A DNA stretch of 64,000 nucleotides from Azolla caroliniana (lineage: Eukaryota > Plantae > Polypodiophyta): positions 24,304,001 through 24,368,000 of the forward strand of contig JBHGNT010000005.1 of assembly GCA_043228905.1 (NCBI GenBank). Reading direction: 5' to 3'. A model generated the notes under the pieces. That model had not been told where the DNA came from. It saw only the letters and a program-made list of their open reading frames with translations, and did not search any database. Shown here piece after piece: positions 35,793 through 47,100 of the stretch. A program made the translations under genes and the position numbers. Numbering within the stretch: position 1 is the first letter of the stretch; every line of letters begins with the position of its first letter.

Positions 35793-37430
35793 TGTCGTGA
35801 AGAAAACCGTCCCTAGGCGGAATCGGCGCACCAAGGCGTGGGAACCGGTTCTTCGCGCGCGCACGCTCCAAGTTGTACATAGAAGAGAGTTAGGAGGATA
35901 ATCGGCAGGAACGGGCCCTAACACGAGTGGAGACAAAAACCGCGCGAACAGTCTCTTCGGTGGCGCGCGCGAGCTAAGGAACTGCACGAGTCGGCGGCGT
36001 AACTACGCGGATGCGTGAAGAACGGAGCGGATCCCTGTTCGAAAGGGACAGGGAATAAAGCTGACAGGACGGCCTGCTCGTCGGCCTATATAAGGAGCAG
36101 GAAAGAGCTGTTGCAGGGATCTCGCGCGGAGAGGACGAAGTGCTGTCGGACCGTTTCTGGACGCTTCTCTCTCTGTTTTCTTCCTTCTTGAGCTCCATAG
36201 CTTTCTTGTGCAGGGTTCCGGGGAGGCTCGCGCTGTTTCGAGGAACGCCCGAGTGCTTCCGGCAGCACCTCCGACCTGCTACCCCTTTTGTGCGTCGAAG
36301 CGAACAAGCATCGGCATCTGTTCGCCGGCCTGTTCGGCTGTAGCCAACCTGTGCCCCATCGAGGGTTGTAGTCGTGTTAGCCATTTTCTTAATATACATA
36401 TTTAGTCATTCGCATCTGTCTGTGTCGGTGTTTGTTCGCGTTCTCCGTGCTGAAGGGTCGTGTCCCTGTGTATCCCCGGTCCTGCGTAGCCGGTTCTCTC
36501 TCTTTCTCCTCCCTCGCTTGCTCTTTGGTTCGAGACCCCCGCGGTCCCGCCTCGTTTCCACACGCACTTGCATAATATCTCGACACTGTATAACGGCTCC
36601 GTGACGTGAGCGTAATGCGGGATCCATATGTGGTAGAACGCGCACGCTCCCAAGAACCTCCGAACCTCCGTGACCGAGCTACAGTCGTTCTTCATCGCGG
36701 AGATGGCTTCTACCTTAGCCGGAGACGGTTTCCGGCCGTACGGCCCACATAGGTGTCCGACAACCATGATCTCTGATTGCCCGAAGGCCGACTTTCCCCC
36801 GGAGAAGGTGAGCCTCGCGCCCTCCAACCTTTACAGCACCTTCTCGCAGTCATCGATGTGCATCGCCACGAATTTCCGGCATCTGTCCGGTCCGATTGTC
36901 TCGTCCCTTTCCTCCACCGGGCATCCCTTGATTGGGACGTCGTCCAAAAACGGCATGGTGATGTCCGGGATACAATCCCTCAGCACCTTGTTCATTGCGT
37001 TCACCATGTGAGCCACCGAGTTCGTCCCTCCTTGCGGTAGGGTACACATCCGTACTAGGCCGAGAGGAGTTCGCATTGTCGTGATGTCTCTGCTCTCTAC
37101 GGCAAGTTGGAATTGATCATACCCCGAGTAGAGATCACCGACCGAGTAAATCGACCTTCCGGCGAAGGCCTCCGCGAACTCGTCTATTGTCGGTCCGATT
37201 CCGGCGTTTCGAATGGTCACCTTGTTGACCGGCTGCAGGTCTTGAATAAAGCGCAGCGTGCCGTCCTTCTTCGGCACGGTAAACCACCGATTCGAGTATG
37301 GGGCACTCGACGGTTCGAGGTTTCCCATCTTGACCTTCTACTTTAACAGCTCCATCAGCTTCGGGATGTGAGCTCTGGGTACTGGAATCGGTTTGAGACT
37401 CCACGGCACATGCGGTACCGTGAATATCAC

Positions 37431-37686
37431 CATCGGTTCCACGACTGTCGGGTTTACGCACCCGATCTCCTCCGGTGAGAATGCGAAATCCTTCCTGTGC
37501 CTTCCGAGCATTCCCCGAAAACGGTCCTCTTCCGCCAGCAGTAGGAAGCCGCCCCCACCATCGGTTCCACGACTGTCGGGTCTACGCACCCGATCTCCTC
37601 CGGTGAGAATGCGAAATCCTTCCCGTGCCTTCCGAGCATTCCCCGAAAACGGTCCTCTTCCGCCAGCAGTAGGAAGCCGCCCCCAC
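37431..37686. repeat. 128-bp tandem duplication inside the G4 pol ORF
   Basis: CATCGGTTCCACGACTG recurs at 37431 and 37559. Confidence 0.93.
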
Positions 37687-40481
37687 CGATTTTGAGCTCG
37701 CGCAGCGTTATGTCGGTGAACGTGTGTCCTATGCGGGCCGGATTTCGTAAACTCGGGTCCGACGCAACCCCCTTTATTCGCAACTCGTTGTCCTCCAGCA
37801 AGGGAGCCGCGACTGGCCTCACCTTCCGGTCCACAGTCTTGTACCTCGTGTCCACCCGGGCCATCCGATCCGACTCGAGCCCTCTACTGAAGTCCACGAT
37901 GACTTCGTACATCTTTTCCGAACATACCGGAATCGTCCGGTCCTCTTTAAGAACTCCTCCGACTACCTCCCGCAGCTCCCCCAAGGTATCGTCGAAAGAG
38001 ACCGCCTCCACGGCTCCGTTGATTTCCTCTCCGAGGTCGAGGACGCCACATGCCCGAAGTCGCTCCTCCGCCCTTCTCTTCTTCCGGCCAACAACGTCGA
38101 CTATCGTACACCCTCCGTTGTCAGAGAACCAAAATTTCCTACTTATAGTACAGGTCTTCTTCGCTATCATACACTTGTGGGGTTTTCCCGGAGTGTACGG
38201 ACTATCGCAGCCCCAAGCCTTGATAGCCCTCTTCAAAAATCCTCCCGGCTTTCGCCCCCGAGGGTCTCGCGGTTCCTCTCATGGTTCGGTCTCACCGTCA
38301 AGAACTGGACCGAGTGACGCCCATCCTGGCTCTTGACCCTTGCATAGGCCGAGCCGTTGTCCAACACCTTGGTCTCCATCTGTGTTGCCGTGATGTACGG
38401 TTCTCCGAGTATAACCGGATGCGAGGACGTCTCCTGCACGAAGAAGTGCTGGTCAATCTCGACATCGCCGATCTTTACTCGTACGTTTGGGCAGGCTCCA
38501 TGCAGTTCTTCGGTGGCTCGCGTCGCCGCCCGTATTTTCCACCCGTGCTTGGTGTTGATCGGCCATTTTCCCTTCTTATAGAAGTCCATGGACATCAAGT
38601 TGATTTCTGAACCATGGTCCACCAACGCCACCACCGGTTCATGAACATCTCCGATCTTCACGGGGGTCTCCGTGGTCGCTCTGGCCCAGTGCGGCCTGGA
38701 ATAGTGGCTCTCCGCCAACTCGTCTTCCAGCGCCATGTCCTCTATGTGCGTCGTTCGCACCTCCACCAGCTTCTCCGGTTCTGTCTCTGTCGACAGCCTC
38801 TTCCTCTTCACCAAGTCTACGATGGAGTCGTGGAACTCCTTCTTGGCAATCCCGAGCACTTCCTTCAGCGATAGCTCCACCTTGCTGTCGAGGATTCGTT
38901 CTTCCAGGACCTTTCGCAGGTCCGTGGATCTTTCGATTTCTGAGCCCAGCCGGTACCCACCCTTCTTGGGATTATCCTGGGCGCCGGTTACAATGGCCTC
39001 ATTCCGTCTTTGCCCGAATCGAGTTTCATATCGCTACGAGGGCCCGGCCTCTCCGGTTTTCCCTACTCGCTTGTCCTCCACCAGAGCCTCGTAGTTTGGA
39101 CAAGCGGCTTCGACAAAGCCCGTCTTTTCTTCCACCGGGTCACTCCACCCGGTTACCTCCCTGACCCGTTTTTCCGCACGGTCCACCTCTTCTTTCCTCA
39201 GCCGTGCGCCGGCGAGGCCTTCCAGCATCGTCAGCCAGAACCCGGCTTTGTTCGTCTTCGGGGCCTCGCCACCTCCAACCCGAATACCAGCTGACACCGA
39301 GTAGTGGACGGTCTCCGCGTGACGAGCCGCCGCCTCCTCCATCAGCCTTTTCATACCCCCTCGCCCGACGTTCAGGTTCAGGGCCCTTCGGGTCTCGCTA
39401 GCGTGCACCCGACCGTTCCACAAGTACACCACGTTGCTTCTCATCGCCTCGGTGAAGTCCCCGCAGTCCTTCCGGATGTGCCCAACCGCGTCACACCACA
39501 TGCACCTGTTTTCAGCCAGAGGTCGTCGGTCACGGGCTGTTCGCCACCATCCCTCCATGCCTGGGCGATCTTGAGATCCTTTACCATCCGCGTCAGCTCC
39601 TCTAGAGCTGCTCCCCCGGACGAGCCCTTGATCATGCCGGTTGAAGCCAATCCGGTCTCGAGCCAATCTTGGGTCTCTTCCCTTCGCGTTGGTGGTGTTG
39701 GCTTGAGCTTCTTTGCTGCGACAGAGCCCGCCCCTGTCGATCCTTTGTCAACCCATTCCCGCCGTTTGTCGAAACGGCCACAGACCCTTTTCACCACGGC
39801 CCAGTCGTCCGTCAGCCCGTCATCAGTCTCCAATAGGAGGCCTACCTGCTCCCGATCCCGCTCGTCAACCGACTTAACAAACAATAGGACACGGCTTGTG
39901 TCCAGAACGGTCCGGTCAAGCACCGAGAGGCGCGCGAAGCGTTCCTCAAACTCCCGGAGGAGCACTGACGTGTTCCTTCCTTTGTCGGGGGTCTCCACCC
40001 ACTCCATGAAGTCCCGCTTCGAAAGTCGAAGCGCATCTTCAAGCCCGTATATTTCGAGGAGCCGACCTTCGAACTCCTCCCAGGTCCGGCTCTCGGCCCG
40101 TACCTCGAGCACCTCCGTATGGATACCCAGCATCGCCACTCGAGGGAATCCGGCTAGACGCCTCTCTTCCGGAATGTCCCTCATTACCATCTCAGCCCGG
40201 TAGGACTCCAAGTAGCTCGTGGCATCCTTCCCACTGAACCGGCCGATTGTACCGACAACCGCCTCGATAGCCCTATCAAGGGCGTCGGTGCCTTCGCGCG
40301 CACTCACTATACGGTCTACAGCCGAAGCTATGGCTTCTGCAAGGTCTAACCCCCTCATCTTCTACTCCTCTGCCGCCTGTTCACGTCGGGTTCACCAAAT
40401 ATGTCGCGTTGCTACGCGCGTGCGTGGAGAACGAGGCGGGACCACTGGGGTCTTGGACCGAGGAATAGGTGAGGAAGCGAA

Positions 40482-40520
<39 letters not shown>

Positions 40521-41105
40521 GCTCACACACGGATAGACAAAGAAGAGCGCGGGACGCAGCCCAATCAACACAAGAGACACAAGTTGGGCGGGAGATAGAG
40601 CATAAAAACGTGTATATAAATATATGTATGCAGATGACTCGAACGGTTACAACCGATCAGGTCGGCGAGACGGGTGTCGACGCCTGATCACCCACGCACA
40701 CAGGGGAGCAAGATGGAGACTCTGCCGGAAGCACACGGGCGTTCCACGGAGCAAAATCAGCCTCTCGAGAACCTACGCAAAGAAAGCTATGGAGAACGAC
40801 AGAGGAGAAGAGCTCGGTCCCAATCTGACAGCACTTCGTCCCCTCTAGTGCGCGATACCTCTCTCCCCCCCGTCTCCCTCTCCTTTATAGCTCAAGGAGG
40901 GAGGCCGTTCACCCGTTTACATCACATTAATTCTCTGTCCTTTCGGACAGAGATACTCCTCGATTTCCCCTATAGAATATTGCTACCTAGGATTTAACCT
41001 TTGTGCCTACCTATCTACTACACAACAAGGGGCGTGCCCACATGTAAGGGCCGGTCCACACACACTATACACGGTTTGCGCCTGGGGACGGTTTTCTTCA
41101 CGACA

Positions 41106-44100
41106 ACGTTAACTTTCACATGGTATCAAAGCGTGAGGGTTGAGAACCTCTACATCCAACATTTGCTTTCGTAGACGAACCCTAGAACCCAATAACAACA
41201 GACAAAGAGAAGATATGGACAGAGGAATGACAAGTTCACTTCCAACAGAGAAGCTCGACCGAAGCAACTACGCATCCTGGTCATACAAGATACACCAGTA
41301 CCTGTTGGGGCATGGATATTGGAGCTTCGTGGAACGAACGAACGAGGTAGCACCGGAGCTGGCACACGAGGACTTTCTGATATGGGAGCAAGGAGTGAGC
41401 CGAGTATTGTATTGCCTCGCGTCTTGTGTGCACGACCAGATGCTCGGCTACATAAAGGATGCAAAAATGCCGAAGGAGGCCCGGGGAAATGTGAGGAAGA
41501 TTTTCACCGCGAGTACTACAGCCCGTAAGTTGCAGCTCCGGCAAGAGTTGAACAACATCCAACAAAGAGACATGTCGGTTACGTATTACACCACCAAAAT
41601 AAAGGAGATTTGTGAAGCACCCATGTCCATCAACATGACGGTGGACGAAGACAAGATGGAACAAATATGCCTCAGTGGTCTAGCGCAAAGGTACGGGCCA
41701 ATCTGAACAGCGATCTTCACCCGGGAGAAACCACCGACTTTCTTCAACTTGCAATCGATGCTAGTGATCGAAGAAAACCACGCGAGTGGGTCGAGGACCA
41801 CTCAATCGGACGGTCGGATGTTGTACACGGAGACAGATCGGCCCCATGGGCGTGGTAGACGAGGTGGGTCGGCACGCAATGGAGGCGGCCGGCAAGAGCA
41901 AGACTGGAGGCATAGAGGTAGTGCCGACAACAGTTCTAAACCCTCCACAAGCAGGGGGAGTCAAAGCGGCACCGGAAGCCGGCAAGGAAAAGCCGACACG
42001 GAAACTGGTATTGTGGCAAAAAGGGCCACAGGGAAAGCGAGTGTTGGAAGAGGCACGCTGATTCGGACAAATCCGGATCCGGCAAGGCCGGTCGGGAAAA
42101 CTAGCAAAGCTCACACTACACAGAAGGATCGGAAGGATCCAGAACCGGGAAGACCGGTAAAGGGCCAGCCTTCGTGATGAAGCACAAGGCTAACTCGATG
42201 AAGAAGAATACTTCCGGATCAAAGGAAGTATGGTATGTTCATTCCAGTGCATCAAACCACATGACGAGCCACGAAGAGTGGTTCTCCTTTTTGGAAAAAC
42301 CGGAACAACCGGGGATCGTCGAAACCGGAGACGATACCCCTCACCCGATTGTGCATGTCGGAGAAATCCCTTTAAGCCATGTCAAACAAAAGGGGAAGTT
42401 GATGAACGTACTACACGTTCTGACTATCACAAAGAGCTTGGTATCGGTCAGACAAATCATCGACCAGGGAATGCAGGTGCGGTTTATGCACCTCGGGTGC
42501 TTCATTGAGGAAGAAGGCCGAATAATTGCACAAGGGCATAGAGAAGGTAGGATGTTCATCCAAAACACTAATGACGTCGGCACCACCATGTTTGCTAAAG
42601 GACAGAAGATTGAATCGGACATCAATCTCTTGCATAAGCGGATCGGCCACATCAACTACCGGAGGCTTCAAGTCCTGCAATCGAAACAAGTTGTGTTCGG
42701 ATTGCTGAAATTCAGTCGCCGAAAAGCCCAAATATGTGAAGCCTGCCAACTCGGGAATCAAAACCGGCTTCCATTCCCCACTGAACGAAACCGGAGCCGT
42801 AACAAGCTTGATCTAATACATTCGGATGTATGGGGACCGTCACAGAACGTTAGTCTTGGCGGGAGTCGATACTTCGTCTCCTTCATCGACGACTACAGGC
42901 GGCACACGTGGATCTACCTCATCAAATGGAAGAGCAAAGTCTTCGAATGTTTCTGAAACCTTCAAAGCTTGGTTGAATGGGAAACGGAGAGGAAGATCAA
43001 GTGTCTACATTCGGATGGTGGAAAATAATACTTTTCCGGCCAATTCAACAGTTATCTACAGCAGAACGGAATTCGAAGAGAATTCAGCTACGGATACACA
43101 CCGGAGCAAAATGGTGTGGCCAAAAGGAAGAACCAGTCAATTGTCAACGCGGCAAGGGCAATGTTGGAGGAGAAGAGCATGCCCCATTTCTACTGGGTTG
43201 AGGCGGTCCAAACGGCCGTCTATATCCAAAACCGGATCGATGACAAGGTGTCAGCACACGAGTTGTATTTCGGACGCAAGCCGAATTTGAGACACCTTCG
43301 GATATTCAGCAGCATAGCATATGTGCATGTACCGGATGAGAAGCGGAGGAAGCTAGATCCGAAGTCAAAGAAGTGCATTCTAGTCGATTACTCGCATGAG
43401 CAGAAGGGGTATAACTTATATAACCCCCTGACGAAGCAAGTCCGAGTAAGCCGAGATGTCGAGTTTGATGAGACGGCATCATGGTACTCCCTACTGACTC
43501 CAACTCCCGACGAAGAACCGATTCCGGAAGATGAGGCTAGTGAGCCCGAGGAGGTCCAAGAGAAGATGAAGAACTCAGCACTCGAGAAGAGAGTCTGATC
43601 TCATTCCGACTAAGTGGACCGAATGAGCGCCTAAGTCGGGATGACTAGTCGGATGAGGAACCGGCGAGCAATGGAGACCCTGTCGTGCTCTCCCCGCGCA
43701 AGGAACTGAGGAGATGGTTCACGCGCAAAGAGAAAGGGAAGCAGAAAATGTCGAAATATGAAGCCGGCAACGTTGAGTCCGATCAGAGCGAATCCGAATC
43801 CGGAAAGGATGAAAGCGGATCTTTGGGAATGAAGTCCGAACCGGCCAAGAAGGGCCCCAAACCGGGTGATGACAAGTTACGTCGGTCTTCCCGCTAGAAG
43901 AACCCCGTTACGCCGTTTGGGTACAATGAGTACATGGCACATCACTATGCGTACATGACCAAAGTGGCAGAAGTGCGTGAGCCAGAGAGCTACGCAAAAG
44001 CGGCAAAGGACGCAAATTGGCGTGCCGCTATGAAGGAAGAAACGCGGGCACTCAATGCCAATGACACATGGGACCTCGTTGACCCTCCCCGACACTGTAA

Positions 44101-47100
44101 ACCGATCGGTTGCAAATGGGTATACAAGGTACAGTACAATGCCGACGGTTCGGTTAACCGGTACAAGGCCCGATTAGTGGCGAAGGGATACGCACAGACC
44201 CACGGAATCGACTACGACGAGACCTTCACTCTGGTATCGAAGATGACGACGGTTCGTGTGGTACTGGCGGTTGCCACGGCAAGGGGTGGCATCTTCACCA
44301 GATGGACGTGAAGAATGTGTTTCTTCAAGGTGACCTTGAAGAACAGGTCTATATGATCCAACCTCCCAGTTTTCAATTGGAGATGAACAAGTCAGCAGTG
44401 TGCCGACTTAAGAAGTCGCTTTACGGTCTGAAACAAGCCCCCCGAGCTTGGAATGCGAAGATCACACACTGGTTGCGTAAGATGGGATTTGTGACCTCTA
44501 AATCTGACTCATCATTGTTCATCCGGCAAGGTCCAGACGGTCTGGTTTGCATCTTACTTTATGTAGATGATTTAGTCATCACCGGACCTGGACTCAATGA
44601 AATCGGTTGTGTCAAGGCCCAGCTGTCAGACGCATTTGAGAGACAAGCTCAACATCGGCCGGATTGGCTGAAGAAGCCGAGGACCGGATCGGTTTGGACC
44701 GATCGGTTAGGCCGAATGCGTAAACCGGTACGCAGACCGGTGCGTAGGTAGGGCCGGATCAGTGCATAAACCGGGAGGCCGTTAGGAAAGATATTCCGTG
44801 AGGAATATATTTGGGAGTTAGTGTAGGAGCTCTTAATGAGCATTGAAGTACTGTCAGTACTTCTATCAGTCCTTCTAGGACTTGTATAAAAGTGTTCATT
44901 GAACACACATATGTATGAATGGTGAATAGAGATTGAGTACCGTTGTTGAATATAGTTCTTGTGTTTTCTCTCTCTCACTCACTCTCTGTCTCTCCCGCGT
45001 ATACTGTGCAAGCTCAAGCTCTCCATTAAACCTAAGTTTTCTTCCTTCTGTTCGGTCTTCATACTTGCTTCCGCACGCTACTTTTTACATGGTATCAGAG
45101 CGCGAGGGTTGAGAACCTCTCTGCAGCTGACATAGCTTGACGAAGAAGAACAAGAAGAACGATGGATAGAGGCATGGCGAGCTCGCTTCCAACAGAGAAG
45201 CTCGACAGAACCAACTACGCGTCTTGGTCCTACAAGATGCACCAGTACCTGCTCGGGCACGGCTACTGGAGTTATGTCGAAGGAGCTAATGACGTGGCAC
45301 CCGAATCGACACACAGAGACTTCCCGTCGTGGGAGCAATCGGCGAGCAGGGTATTATACTGCTTCGTGTCGTGTGTGGGCGAACAGTTATTGAGCTATGT
45401 TCGGGATGCAAAGACGTCGAAGGGTGCGTGGGAAAATCTGAAGAAGATTTTCGCCGCGACCACCACAGCCAGGAAGCTTCAGCTCCGATAGGAGTTGAGC
45501 AACCTACGACAACGCGACTTGTCGGTGGCGGACTATACCTCGAAGATCAAGGATATCTGCGACTCCCTCACCTCCATAGAGGTGAACATCGAGGAGAGCG
45601 AGATGGTCCAGATCTATCTCGGAGGTTTGGCATCGAAGTTCAAAGCGTTCCGAACGGCTGTGTGTACCCGGGAGAATACGCCGTCCTTTTTCGACTTACA
45701 GTCAATGCTCCTGGTAGAGGAGAACCACGCGGGTGCGTCTACAAGCACGCACACCAACAGCAGAATGTTGTACATGGAGGGAGATAGGCCCCGTGGACGT
45801 GGAGGACGAGGCGAGTCGGCGCGCAATGGAGGCAGCCGACGAGATCAAGGAAGAAGGCACCGAAGTGATGCCGACAGCAACTCCGGACCCTCCGGAAATA
45901 GGGGGAGTCGAAGCGATGAGAACCGGCAAGGGAAGGCCATCGCAGAGTGCTGGTACTGTGGCAAGAAAGGCCAAAGGGAAAGTGAGTGATGGAAGAAGCG
46001 CGCCGATTCGGAGAGAACCGGTTCCGGAAACGGCTCCGGACATACCGACAAGGGAAATCGGCAGCGATCGCACTACGCTGAAGACTCCGGGAGAGCCGGA
46101 GAAGGGTCTGCCTTCGTGACGAGACACGAAGCAAACTCAATGAAACGGACCACCCCGAGATCGGACGAGGTGTGGTACGTAGACTCCGGCGTGTCAAACC
46201 ACATGACGAGCCATAAGGAGTGGTTCTCGTACCTTGAAAAACCGATACAACCTGGAGTAGTCGCAACTGGAGACGACACTCCGCATCCGATCGCGAATGT
46301 CAAAGAAGTTCCCCTTAGCCATGTCGGGCAGAAAGGGAAACTCATGAACGTGCTTCACGTTCCGACAATCACGAAGAAATTGGTCTCGGTCGGACAGATC
46401 GTCGACCAAGGGATGGACGTTCGGTTTACACACCTCGGGTGCTTCATTGAGGAAGAAGGCCGTGTGATTGCGCAAGGGCGCAGAGACGGGAGGATGTTCA
46501 TCCTCGATTCCATTGATGGCGGCACCGCAATGTTCGCGAAGGGACAAAAATCCGAGTTGGACATCGACTTGTGGCACAAGCGGATAGGCCACGTCAACTA
46601 CCAGCGACTTCAAGATCTGCAATCGAAACAGGTAGTGTTCGGATTGCCCAAATTTAGTGGCCGAAAGGCACAAATTGTGAAGCCTACCAGCTCAGGAAGC
46701 AACACCGACTTCCTTTCCCCAACGAGCGAAACCGGAGCCGGAACAAGCTCGACCTTATACACTTCGATGTGTGGGGGCCGGCACAAAACGTTAGTCTTGG
46801 CGGGAGCCGATATTTCGTCTCCTTCATCAACGACCACACGTGGCACACGTGGATCTACCTCATTGAGAGGAAGAGCGAAGTCTTCGACTGTTTCCGGGAC
46901 CTCAAAGGGTTCGTGGAAATGGAAACGGGATGAAAGATCAAGTGCCTGCGGTCGGATGGCGGGAAAGAGTACTTTTCCGGTCAATTCAATGCTTATCTAC
47001 AACAAATGGGAATTCGGCGCGAATTCAGTTGTAGATACGCGCCGGAGTAGAACGGTGTGGCCGAGAGGAAGAATCGGTCAGTTGTGGAAGCGGCATGGGC

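Larger units (their letters stand above)
29321..36585 (+). mobile_element. Young, apparently intact non-chromoviral Ty3/Gypsy element G5 (Phygy/Selgy/Ylt1-like; lineage not confirmed)
   Basis: 793-bp LTRs (29321-30113, 35793-36585) with one difference seen by eye; TSD CCGT/CTGT; two uninterrupted ORFs; no chromodomain. Confidence 0.96.
28032..41105 (-). mobile_element. Trp-group Gypsy element G4, 3'-truncated, host of the intact copy
   Basis: 5' LTR 40402-41105; PBS 40381-40397 (reverse complement TGGTGAACCCGACGTGA); gag 39441..40358; RT motif EPLY/GLL split by the insertion at 29321-36585. Confidence 0.93.

Noticed and set aside
40381-40397. Apparent tRNA-Trp gene piece ending in CCA
   Set aside because: Only 17 nt and adjacent to an LTR; it is the PBS read on the opposite strand.
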